Shown piece after piece: positions 1 through 8,344 of a stretch of DNA of 64,000 nt. Below the pieces are notes generated by a model. The model was not told the origin of the DNA. It made no database searches and saw only the letters and a program-made list of their open reading frames with translations. The position numbers were made by a program, and so were the translations under genes. Position 1 is the stretch's first letter. Each line of letters begins with the position of its first letter. Source of the DNA: an uncultured Myxococcales bacterium (GTDB lineage: Bacteria > Myxococcota > B64-G9); the NCBI GenBank assembly GCA_964640665.1, contig CAZXHT010000021.1:5821-69820 (forward strand). Direction: 5' to 3'.

Positions 1-1
1 C

Positions 2-1627
2 ACCGCTGTCGTCGACCTGCACCTTGCCGGTGAACGGAAGCACCTCGATGCCGACGTCCCCGTAGTCATGCAGGTCCTCGCGGGTGATGTCGATCATGGC
101 GCAGTCGGGGAAGTCGGGTTGGTCGAACGGGTTGCAGCAGTTTCCGGGATCGCCGTTGGGGCCGCACTCGCAGCAGGCGTTCAGGAAGCGGATCAAGATG
201 CTGTCCCAGACCTCGGTGCCCGAGACCAGCTCGCGCGGATTGAGGTGCACGAGCTCCATGGTGCCCTCGGCCCGCAGTTCCTTGAGCATGTTGATCAAGT
301 TGTCGAAGACCGCGATCAGCGAGCCCACCCAGTCGGGGACGTACTCGTGGATGACATCGCACAGCAGGTCGTCGATGAAGCCGATCCCGGTGATGTCACA
401 ATAGTTGATGATCTGGTTGAGCTTGTCGATGATGCCGGAGACGCTGGTCCCGCCCAGGGAGGCCGACATATCGAAGTAGTGCTGGGTGTACCAGGTGCCG
501 CCCAACTCGGGAATGACCACGTCCACCGGGTTGTCCGGCTGGCAGACGCCGTTCACGCACTTGAAGCCCGGGGGGCAATCCTCGTCGTCCTGGCACTCGT
601 CGCCTCCCGTGCACTCCGGCCTGTTCGATACCTCGGGGCAGGGGTAGCACTCGTGTCCCTCGCAGTAGTATCCGTCGGGACAGTCATCGGAGGTGTCGCA
701 GGTATCGGGCAGGACGCCCTGGGGATGGCAGAGATTGTCCTGGCACTCGTAGCCTTCAGGGCAATCGTCATCGGTGTCACACTCCTGGCCGCCGGACTGG
801 TGACACTCGCCGTTGACACAGGTGAAGCCCGCCGGGCAATCGTCGCTTGTCGTGCAACCCATGCGTTGCTTGACGGTGATGGTGAAGGTTACTTTCTCGA
901 CGATCTCGTTTACGCCCTCTGCGACCACCTGGTAGGAGGTGGCCATCGTGCCGGCCTGGAAGATGGTGCTGGCCAGTCCCGAGAGGCTGGTGGCTACCTG
1001 CGGACTGGCTACCGAGGCGTCACCGCCGACCGGCGGGTTGAAGATCGAAAAGCCGATATCCACTCCCCTGACCGGAGTGCTGGTGTCGAGGTTGGTGAGC
1101 TTGACGGTCAGATCGAGAGTTTCATTGACGTAGCAATCGAGTTGAATGGGCCCGACCGGGCTCAGTTGTCGCCGCACCGGCTTGAGCTTGATGGTGAAGT
1201 ACACCCCGTCGGGATCCTGCTGGCTCGAGGCATGCACCCCGAACTCGACAGCCTGCGGGGGCTGCTGGCTCGGCGCCGTCAGAGTCACCGTGGCCAGGCC
1301 GTTGGCGCTGGTGACCATCGAGGCGTTCGAGAGGCTGGCGTCCCCGGGATTTTGCTGGATCTCGAAGTCGACGGTTTCACCGGCAACGGCCCCGACGCAC
1401 TTTTCCAAAAGGACGACCTGTAATTCTTCATGGTCTCCCGGGTAGAGCGTGCGGTTCGGGCTGCCGATGATGCTCAGCAGGCGCTGCCCGCTGCCCTGGC
1501 AACCATCGAGCCCGCCGGCGTCGCCGTCGCCGTTGTTCGACGAACCGCCGCAACCCGCAGCGCCGAGCAAGGCCGAAAGCACTAGTGTCAAGACAAACTG
1601 AAAGTGGCTGGTTTTCATCCTGGCCAT
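2..1627 (-). CDS. Cys-rich lipoprotein with Ig-like (invasin/Big-like) domains; 3' end runs off the window
   Basis: Absent from the ORF track because it has no stop in the window. I translated it by hand from ATG 1627 (GGAGG RBS at 1635-1639): MARMKTSHFQFVLTLVLSALLGAAGC (lipobox), beta-rich segments (VTSANGLATVTLTAP), four CxxxxDCPxG[FY]xCxxxxC units, then a helical/beta domain; the frame stays open to base 2. Confidence 0.8.
   Translation of the reverse strand, partial: MARMKTSHFQFVLTLVLSALLGAAGCGGSSNNGDGDAGGLDGCQGSGQRLLSIIGSPNRTLYPGDHEELQVVLLEKCVGAVAGETVDFEIQQNPGDASLSNASMVTSANGLATVTLTAPSQQPPQAVEFGVHASSQQDPDGVYFTIKLKPVRRQLSPVGPIQLDCYVNETLDLTVKLTNLDTSTPVRGVDIGFSIFNPPVGGDASVASPQVATSLSGLASTIFQAGTMATSYQVVAEGVNEIVEKVTFTITVKQRMGCTTSDDCPAGFTCVNGECHQSGGQECDTDDDCPEGYECQDNLCHPQGVLPDTCDTSDDCPDGYYCEGHECYPCPEVSNRPECTGGDECQDDEDCPPGFKCVNGVCQPDNPVDVVIPELGGTWYTQHYFDMSASLGGTSVSGIIDKLNQIINYCDITGIGFIDDLLCDVIHEYVPDWVGSLIAVFDNLINMLKELRAEGTMELVHLNPRELVSGTEVWDSILIRFLNACCECGPNGDPGNCCNPFDQPDFPDCAMIDITREDLHDYGDVGIEVLPFTGKVQVDDSG
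542..856 (-). repeat. Four Cys-rich modules C-x4-DC-P-x-G-[FY]-x-C-x4-C
   Basis: CTTSDDCPAGFTCVNGEC, CDTDDDCPEGYECQDNLC, CDTSDDCPDGYYCEGHEC, CQDDEDCPPGFKCVNGVC. Confidence 0.8.
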
Positions 1628-1783
1628 GAGTATTCCTCCCTCGGACCCGAAGTTGGGTTCCGCATCTGGTTCCTGCATTCTCATCGTGTCAATTATGACC
1701 GGATCGGCGTAAAAAAAGCAATAGGACGATTGGACCATGGCTGCTATCATTAAATTCTTCGTGGGAAAGGCGGGCAACGGCCG

Positions 1784-2653
1784 ATGGGACGAATCTTGAC
1801 GCTAGTAGCGCTTCTGGCGGCTCCGGCGCCCTTCGTGCTCGACATAAGCGTTACTCCGCCCCGGCCACGGCAAGGGCAGCTGGTGTTGATCGAGGTGGCC
1901 GGGGTGTGCCCCGGAGATCGCGTCGAAGGTACATTCGACGAGCGCAAGTTGCGCTTCTACGTCGATCTTGCCGGTCGGGTCCGGACTTTGGCGGCAGTGC
2001 CTCTGAACCGCAAACCGGGAGAGGTCTCCCTGCTTGTCCGGGTTACCCATCCGGGCGAAGATCCCGTGATCCGCGGGCAGGCGGTGGGAATCGGAGCGGG
2101 AAAGTTTGAAAAACAAGAACTCAGGGTGGCCCCGCGCTTTGTAAAGCCGCCGCCCGAGGTCGCCGGCCGGATAGGCACAGAGCGCCGGGCCATGAAACGG
2201 CTGTGGAAGCAGGCGCCGACGCCGCGCAATTGGCGCGGCTCTTTCGTCTGGCCGCGCAAGGACAGGATCTGCTCGGCCTTCGGGTTGCGACGGGTTTTCA
2301 ACGGCAAGCTGCGCGGCCGGCACTGGGGGCTGGACATCGACGGCAAGGTCGGCCAGCCGGTGCGGGCCATCGGCGCGGGCAGGGTGGTCATGGTGGCCGA
2401 CAGGTACTATAGCGGCGGCACCGTGGTAATCGACCATGGTTTGAGGCTGTTTTCGCTCTACTTTCACCTGTCGGTTTTCGATGTCAAGAAAGGCCAGGTG
2501 GTTGAAAAGGGTCAACTCGTTGGCCAGGTGGGCAAGAGCGGCCGCGTGACCGGCCCGCATTTGCACCTGAGCACCAAGTTGGAAGGCGTCACTTTCGATC
2601 CCGTAACTCTCCTGGATGCCGACCTTTCCGAAAAGGGAGGACGGCAGCCTTGA
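1784..2653 (+). CDS. M23 family metallopeptidase
   Basis: Signal peptide; HxxxD (HWGLD), YxHL (LYFHLS) and HxH (GPHLHL) zinc motifs. Confidence 0.92.
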   Translation: MGRILTLVALLAAPAPFVLDISVTPPRPRQGQLVLIEVAGVCPGDRVEGTFDERKLRFYVDLAGRVRTLAAVPLNRKPGEVSLLVRVTHPGEDPVIRGQAVGIGAGKFEKQELRVAPRFVKPPPEVAGRIGTERRAMKRLWKQAPTPRNWRGSFVWPRKDRICSAFGLRRVFNGKLRGRHWGLDIDGKVGQPVRAIGAGRVVMVADRYYSGGTVVIDHGLRLFSLYFHLSVFDVKKGQVVEKGQLVGQVGKSGRVTGPHLHLSTKLEGVTFDPVTLLDADLSEKGGRQP

Positions 2654-5055
2654 GAACACAAGCGTTCATGCTGGTGTGCGCCCTGATCGCCTGCGGTCCT
2701 CCGTGCCGAGCCGGCAGCCCGCGCCCGGCCGATCCCGGTTATGCCGCGCGGCCGCTCGAGCCGCAATCCGAGCCGCCCCGCACGCCGCTTTGTGCCATCG
2801 TGTCTCCCTCGTCCTCCGCCCCGGCCCTGGTGAACTGGGGTGAATCGTTCGAGGTGACGCTGCTGGACAGTCCCGGCGCACGGGGGCGACCCGCCGGCCG
2901 GCAGCCGGCCGACTGGCTCGTGGCCCTGAGCACGCGCGCCCGCAACCCTTACGGAGACATGGTCGGCCCCCCGCTGGGCATGCGCTTCCCGCTGACCGTC
3001 GCCGGCGTCCGGCGGGACTCGGGCGACAGAGTTGTGCTGACCGTACTGGCCCCGGCCGAGGCTCCCCGCGACGTTTATCATCTTGAGGTTGCAGGCCCCT
3101 CCGGCTTGCGGGCGGTCAGGGTCTTCGCGGTTCGCATGCTTGGCAGGGCCGGGCCAGGGGACGAATTCGGCATCGTCGTCATCGGCGACAACCAGCTTCT
3201 TGATCCGACCACCAAGTTCTCGGGCGCAGATTTGAACAACGGTTCCTACCCGCGCTGTTGCGATGACGCCGCCGAGGCGATGTTCGCACAGCAGGTGGAA
3301 GAGATCTCATTTCTCGATCCGGACTTCGTGATCAACGTCGGCGATCTGCTGTTCGGCATCGACTACCGTAAGGAGTATCGGTACACGCTTTCACGCTGGT
3401 GGAAGGAGCCGATCGCCACCTTCATGGTGCCCGGCAACCATGACGGCATGGCGCTATACGAGCTGGCCCTGAAAGACGGCTGGTGGGCCGAGGCGCTCAA
3501 GAGCGTGCGCTGCGCCAGGTTTATTATCGACGGGGACGTGACGGCGGCCAAGGTATTCCAGGTGCTTGCCTGTGTGTACGGTGACTTGAAGAAAATGCTG
3601 TTCGAGGACCTGGCCCAGGAAGGTCTCGACTACTGGCGCCGTCTCCTCGGACCGCTCGACTATTCGTTCGACGCAGGCCGCTTTCATTTCGTCGGTGTGA
3701 ACTCGTACTCCGGTTCGTCCGAGCGGCGCCACGCCTTCGTGCTGGGGCTACAGTTTCTGGGGCTGGATTTCGGCGCCGCCACCGTGGATAACTACGGCGG
3801 CCAACTCGACGACGGACAACTTGCCTGGCTGCGGCGTGACCTGGAAAGGGCATCGAAAGCCGGCAAGAAGATCGTTCTTTTCTTGCACCACGACGCGCGG
3901 GGCGCACGCGGCGAGAGATGGGGACGGGCTTACCACGCCAACCTGCCTTTTCCCTCAGAGCCATTGGGCCTCAGGAAATTCCAGGAGTGGAACTACGACG
4001 GCACGGAATGGGACTCCAATCCGAAAGACGCGCGCCGGGACGAGACCCAGACGCACAACTCGGCCGTGCGCCTGCTTGGGCTGATTGCCCGCTACGCAGA
4101 CTATGTTTTCACAGGCCACATCCACGACGACGAGACGACCGTGATCGAGCCCGGCCGGGAGATCGTGCCCGGCTCCGGAATCCGGGCCGCCAAGCGTATT
4201 CACTACCTGCGGGTGACGACGGGATCGGCCACGCCGGACGATTCGGATGGATACTGGGGATACCGCCTGCTGCGCGCCCGGGGCAACGCGCTCGAAGATC
4301 TGGTCTACTACCCGACTTTCCGATGGCAATCGCTGCCTTCCGGTAACCTGTGGGTGTCGGGAACGGGAGTGCCGGCCCAAGGCACCTCGGCCGGGAACTT
4401 ACTGAACCGCTTTGGAGGGGGCAAGCTGCTCTACGTTGTGCACTCGGGCTTGCCGCGCCGGGTACGAGGTATGTTGCGTGCCTTCTTGCCGGATGTCCCC
4501 GAGGGCTATCGCTTTCCGGCAACAGGCGGCACGCTGCTGGTGGCCGACGTGGGTCGCGCGGCGGGCGGGCGCAACGTCTACTACCTGCGGGTCGAGCTGC
4601 CGGCGGTACGCTCGGGCGAGTTTCCGGTGCCGGCCGGTGAAGAAGAAAAACTGACGATCGAGTGGGAGCGCGCCGGCGGCAACCGTGCCCCGATGGTTTC
4701 GTTCGAGATCCCCGCCGGCGAGGCCCGGCCGGGCAGGGCGGTTGTTTTCGACGGGTCGGCCTCGCGGGATCCCGATGGAAAGGCTCTTATACAGTACGTC
4801 TGGGACTTCGGCGACGGTCACGGCGCCCGCGGCGCGAAGGTCTCCCACGTCTACCGCCAGGCGGGAGACTACGACCTTGCGCTGACCGCCATAGACGACT
4901 GCGGCGCCTTTGCCCGCTATTCGACCCGCCTGACCGTCGCCCCCGCTCCCTCGTGTTCGCTCGGCTCGGGAGCCTGCGCGGCCACATCGGCATCGCTGGC
5001 CCTCTTGTGTCTGATCATACTCGGCTGGTGGTTGTATCGGAAGCGAACAGGGTAA
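2650..5055 (+). CDS. Secreted calcineurin-like metallophosphoesterase with PKD domain and MYXO-CTERM-like C-terminal anchor
   Basis: GDNQ, GDL, GNHD, HH and GHIH motifs; PKD signature YVWDFGDG...SHVY; tail Cys-linker-hydrophobic helix-RKR; 4-bp overlap with the M23 gene. Confidence 0.85.
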   Translation: MRTQAFMLVCALIACGPPCRAGSPRPADPGYAARPLEPQSEPPRTPLCAIVSPSSSAPALVNWGESFEVTLLDSPGARGRPAGRQPADWLVALSTRARNPYGDMVGPPLGMRFPLTVAGVRRDSGDRVVLTVLAPAEAPRDVYHLEVAGPSGLRAVRVFAVRMLGRAGPGDEFGIVVIGDNQLLDPTTKFSGADLNNGSYPRCCDDAAEAMFAQQVEEISFLDPDFVINVGDLLFGIDYRKEYRYTLSRWWKEPIATFMVPGNHDGMALYELALKDGWWAEALKSVRCARFIIDGDVTAAKVFQVLACVYGDLKKMLFEDLAQEGLDYWRRLLGPLDYSFDAGRFHFVGVNSYSGSSERRHAFVLGLQFLGLDFGAATVDNYGGQLDDGQLAWLRRDLERASKAGKKIVLFLHHDARGARGERWGRAYHANLPFPSEPLGLRKFQEWNYDGTEWDSNPKDARRDETQTHNSAVRLLGLIARYADYVFTGHIHDDETTVIEPGREIVPGSGIRAAKRIHYLRVTTGSATPDDSDGYWGYRLLRARGNALEDLVYYPTFRWQSLPSGNLWVSGTGVPAQGTSAGNLLNRFGGGKLLYVVHSGLPRRVRGMLRAFLPDVPEGYRFPATGGTLLVADVGRAAGGRNVYYLRVELPAVRSGEFPVPAGEEEKLTIEWERAGGNRAPMVSFEIPAGEARPGRAVVFDGSASRDPDGKALIQYVWDFGDGHGARGAKVSHVYRQAGDYDLALTAIDDCGAFARYSTRLTVAPAPSCSLGSGACAATSASLALLCLIILGWWLYRKRTG

Positions 5056-5123
5056 AAGAAGGAAATGACAAATCTTACCCGGTAGGTAATAATTTACAGG
5101 TATTTATTACCCATAGGGTGACG

Positions 5124-5279
5124 ATTAATTTCGGGTCACTGCCGTTTATCTACAATTCTACAGATCCTCCAGAAGACCTGGCTGCCTATGTCGGTACCTA
5201 TCTCACGGAAGAGATTCAGGCCGAAGGGCTGGTGCGACGCATCGAAAACTTTTCGCGTTTTTTACAATTGGCGTCACTC
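5124..5279 (+). pseudogene. Internal fragment of an AAA_14/DUF4143-type ATP-binding protein gene
   Basis: Intergenic frame reads INFGSLPFIYNSTDPPEDLAAYVGTYLTEEIQAEGLVRRIENFSRFLQLASL, matching the GSLP...Y..TYL.EEI.AE.L.R....F.RFL segment I recognise from this family; no start, Walker A or C-terminus. Confidence 0.6.
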
Positions 5280-5341
5280 GTCTTGCCGGCACGTGATTTT
5301 TTCAGCTCTTTGTGGAGTGGGGAAATTTAATCAAATGGGAA

Positions 5342-6586
5342 CTAGTTTGTGCCCGAAGGTGGATCGACGATCTTGCCCATGAACAGCAGGGCCCCGGAGT
5401 GCCGGTCGTGGATCACGAACAGGAACGGCCGATCCACCCGGATCTCGGTCGGAGCGGCCGACAGGCTCACTTCCACCGAGGTGACCGCGGCGGCCTCGGT
5501 TCCTTCCTCGTTGACCTTGACGTAGGTCTTGTGCTTGACCTCGGAGATGTACAGATCGAGGGCCCCGTCGATCCCGGAAAAGTCGGCCTTGGCCGGGTCG
5601 AAGGCCGCTTCCATCCCCAGCGCTGTCAGTACGTTTACCAGCGAGTCCTCCCACTCGAGTTCGAACTTGGGCAGGTAGAGAAGCATCTCATTGTATTCCT
5701 CGAACCTGCCCATCCAGTTTGCCCAGTTCTCCGGGGTCAACTCGGCGACCAGATCGTCGATGTCCTTGTCCTCGCGCGGCAACAACACCGTCATTGAGAA
5801 CAGACCGTGCCCGTAGGCCAGATCCACCGCCTGGAAATCCTCGGTCTGCAGCACCGACAGATCGGCCTTCATGTTCATCATCTCGACCTGCTTATCCCCG
5901 TCGGGTGCGTGGAAGATCATGTCGCTGGTATCGGCCTTGTCGAACTGGAAGGTCCAGTCGCCCTTGAAGTAGATGGCGTTGATCAGGTACATCACCACCA
6001 GCGGGTCGATCGGCGACTCGACAATCTCCTCGATCTTGCCGTGGGTCTTCTCGTTGACCCAGGCGTTGATGGTGTCGGCTGCGCCCGAGTCGCCGAAGTC
6101 CAGGGCGGCGACTACCGCGGCGAAGAAGGTTACGTTGACATCGATGAACTCCTGCAATACCTCGAACCCCAGGCGGTACCAGATCGAGTTGGCGATCTCC
6201 AGGGTCACCGACGAGTCCATGCCGGTCAACAGGGTGATCAGGTCCAGGTAGCCCTGGTTGATTTGCCCGGTGGTCAAGTCGCCGAAGGCGAGGCACTCAC
6301 GCATGCCTTGTTCGGTGGTGCCGCGGGCGCCGTTGTACGTCATGCCCAGGGCCATGGACACGCTCAGGGGGGAGACGAACAGGTTTCCCCCGTCCGATTG
6401 AGCCGCCAGCTCCTGGAAAAATCCGAACCCGAACTGGTTGGAAGCCTCGACCAGGGATGTTTCCTGGGCGCTGAGTTCGCGGGGAGGCTGCCAGTTATCC
6501 CCGCACCCGCTGGTGGCCGTCCCCATCGCCAAGGATACCCCGATCACTCCAGCCAGAGTCAAAACGAATGCAACCGGTTTTCTCAT
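5342..6586 (-). CDS. Serpin family protease inhibitor, predicted lipoprotein
   Basis: NLFVSPLSVSMALGM, INAIYFKGDW, hinge EEGTEAAAVT, DRPFLFVI...LLFMGKI; start ATG 6586 with GAGGTG RBS; TSGC lipobox-like. Confidence 0.95.
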   Translation of the reverse strand: MRKPVAFVLTLAGVIGVSLAMGTATSGCGDNWQPPRELSAQETSLVEASNQFGFGFFQELAAQSDGGNLFVSPLSVSMALGMTYNGARGTTEQGMRECLAFGDLTTGQINQGYLDLITLLTGMDSSVTLEIANSIWYRLGFEVLQEFIDVNVTFFAAVVAALDFGDSGAADTINAWVNEKTHGKIEEIVESPIDPLVVMYLINAIYFKGDWTFQFDKADTSDMIFHAPDGDKQVEMMNMKADLSVLQTEDFQAVDLAYGHGLFSMTVLLPREDKDIDDLVAELTPENWANWMGRFEEYNEMLLYLPKFELEWEDSLVNVLTALGMEAAFDPAKADFSGIDGALDLYISEVKHKTYVKVNEEGTEAAAVTSVEVSLSAAPTEIRVDRPFLFVIHDRHSGALLFMGKIVDPPSGTN

Positions 6587-6633
6587 CTGATCACCTCTTG
6601 AAAATCGTTGGTAAGTCAACTGTCCCTCTCCGA

Positions 6634-6649
6634 AGCAAGTCGCGTGCCA
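6634..6649 (-). promoter_or_regulatory. sigma54 (-24/-12) promoter of the serpin gene
   Basis: Minus strand TGGCACG-CGAC-TTGCT is an exact match to TGGCACG-N4-TTGCW, about 48 nt upstream of the ATG. Confidence 0.8.
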
Positions 6650-6697
6650 TCAGGGGACAGACGCTATCTGAAAAGAATAACAATGTAAAATCAAATA

Positions 6698-6710
6698 TAT
6701 CAACCCATTA
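6698..6710. promoter_or_regulatory. Putative IHF site; overlaps a TCAACCC/GGGTTGA hairpin (6700-6718) that may terminate the gsp operon
   Basis: TATCAACCCATTA matches WATCAANNNNTTR, has an A/T-rich flank and lies about 50 bp upstream of the sigma54 -24 element. Confidence 0.45.
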
Positions 6711-6789
6711 GGGGTTGACCCGGCCCCTTGGGTTCCTCAGATTTCTGAAAACTCCGGACGGGAAAGTCAGGAACCTGTCACCCCGGAAG

Positions 6790-7710
6790 CTACTGCTTGA
6801 GCGGGCGGAACTGGGGCTTGCCGCCGAAGATGCGGCCGAAGATGCTGTAGCGGAAGAATCCGTCCTTGCCCTTGGCGCGGTTGAGCCCGTTGTCGAGAAA
6901 GCTCCTGAGTTCTTCGGGGATCTGCTTGCGGATCTCAGAAAGCTTCTCGTCGGATGGCTTGAAACGCAGGCGGCAGTGCGCCGAGATGTTCTCGGGCTTC
7001 TGCTGCAGCAGGAGGTAACCGTCGAGATTTGCCTCGATATCGTCCGAGCTTACCTTGCAGGCCTTGATGTTCGCCTTGCCCTTCTTGATCTCCAGGTTGG
7101 CCTGGGTCTTTCCCAGCCCGATCCAGGGCAGCGCGACTCCATATACTTTTCCCCGCCCTACCTTACCCTGCACAATATCCAGGCTGATGCTTCCGTGAGA
7201 AGCCTTGATGTCCTTGGGATCCACGTCCAACTTCACGTCGCCGGAAAGCTTGCCGGAAAGCTCCTGGCCGATGACGTCTTTCCAGAAGTTCAGCTTGCCC
7301 AGATCTAGCCCGGCGACTTTGGTCCGCAGGCTCCATTTGTCACCATCCAGGGTGAAGCCGCCGTCGATCCTGCCCTTGAGCATTTCCGAGGAAAAAGAAA
7401 CATCTTTCGTTCCGGTGATCAAACGCAACAACGAAATCCTGGCCGACAATTCATCCAGGCGTATTGCCAGCGGCAAGCTTCCCTGCTTGCCCTCCTTGAC
7501 CAGGCGGATCCCGGTGGCCTCGAAACCGTTGGGGAACAGGGTGCTCATTTCAGCGATGGTCATCTTCATGCCCAGTGTTCGTTCCGCCTGGCGGGTGACC
7601 ATGTCGCCGATGATGCGCACCGGAAAGCCGTGCACCAGGAAGAAAAGCAGGCAGCCGATGAAGAACAGCGGATAACAAACAATCTTTAGAATCTTTTTTC
7701 GCATGATCAC
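6790..7710 (-). CDS. gspN: Type II secretion system protein N
   Basis: N-terminal TM (YPLFFIGCLLFFLVHGFP), beta-rich AsmA-like body, last gene of the gsp operon. Confidence 0.8.
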   Translation of the reverse strand: MIMRKKILKIVCYPLFFIGCLLFFLVHGFPVRIIGDMVTRQAERTLGMKMTIAEMSTLFPNGFEATGIRLVKEGKQGSLPLAIRLDELSARISLLRLITGTKDVSFSSEMLKGRIDGGFTLDGDKWSLRTKVAGLDLGKLNFWKDVIGQELSGKLSGDVKLDVDPKDIKASHGSISLDIVQGKVGRGKVYGVALPWIGLGKTQANLEIKKGKANIKACKVSSDDIEANLDGYLLLQQKPENISAHCRLRFKPSDEKLSEIRKQIPEELRSFLDNGLNRAKGKDGFFRYSIFGRIFGGKPQFRPLKQ

Positions 7711-8327
7711 GAACCCGTTTTCTTGGTTGCGGCCTTGGCCGGCGTTTCTTCTTTCTTTACTTCCTTGAGCTGGAACTTGGATACGATGAAGGTCACGTCG
7801 AGCCGGCTGGGCTCCCTGAAGTTGTTCTTGATGTGCAACGTGCGCACCGCAATGCTCTCGGCCTTGCGCTCGAGTTGAACCAGGAAGTCGACCAGCCGGT
7901 CGATGGTGATGCGCGGAATCTTGACCTCGACCCGTTTCTCATCGACCTTCGTCTCGGCATTGGCGCCCGCGGAGCGCGGGTTCATCTCCATTTCGTTGGT
8001 GTCGATCCCCAGCCGCTGGGCCATGTTCTCCAGCGTGCCCATCAACTGGATGTTCCCGGCCTTGCGGATTCGTTTCTCGGACTCCTTGCGGGCCAGTTTG
8101 GCTTGCTCGAACTGTGCGCGCATGTCGATCATCTTGGTCAGTTTACCGGTCTTGTCCTCGATGCGTCGATCGAGCCCTCGCAGGCTCGAGGAGACCCACA
8201 GCGAGACCATCACTCCGACGAACAGGACGAAACAGACGGCCAGGCCGCCCACCATGAACTTCTCCCGGCGCGAGAGCCGCTCGAACGCCGCCAGCATTTC
8301 TTCGTATCTCTTGCCGAGCACGGCCAT
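7707..8327 (-). CDS. gspM: Type II secretion system protein M
   Basis: LSRREK + TM + coiled coil + ferredoxin-like tail (VEVKIPRITIDRLVDFL); ATG 8327 with GAGGT RBS. Confidence 0.8.
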   Translation of the reverse strand: MAVLGKRYEEMLAAFERLSRREKFMVGGLAVCFVLFVGVMVSLWVSSSLRGLDRRIEDKTGKLTKMIDMRAQFEQAKLARKESEKRIRKAGNIQLMGTLENMAQRLGIDTNEMEMNPRSAGANAETKVDEKRVEVKIPRITIDRLVDFLVQLERKAESIAVRTLHIKNNFREPSRLDVTFIVSKFQLKEVKKEETPAKAATKKTGS

Positions 8328-8344
8328 GACAACCTCGTAGCAGG

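Noticed and set aside
68-1423. 451-aa plus-strand ORF and the many other long antisense ORFs (e.g. 16175-17446, 37898-39037, 46615-47946, 56496-57308, 57070-58020)
   Set aside because: Shadow frames of real opposite-strand genes, expected from high-GC codon bias; no recognisable motifs.
1731-1746. TTGGACCATGGCTGCT as a sigma54 promoter for the M23 operon
   Set aside because: GG-to-GC spacing is 9 nt, not the required 10.
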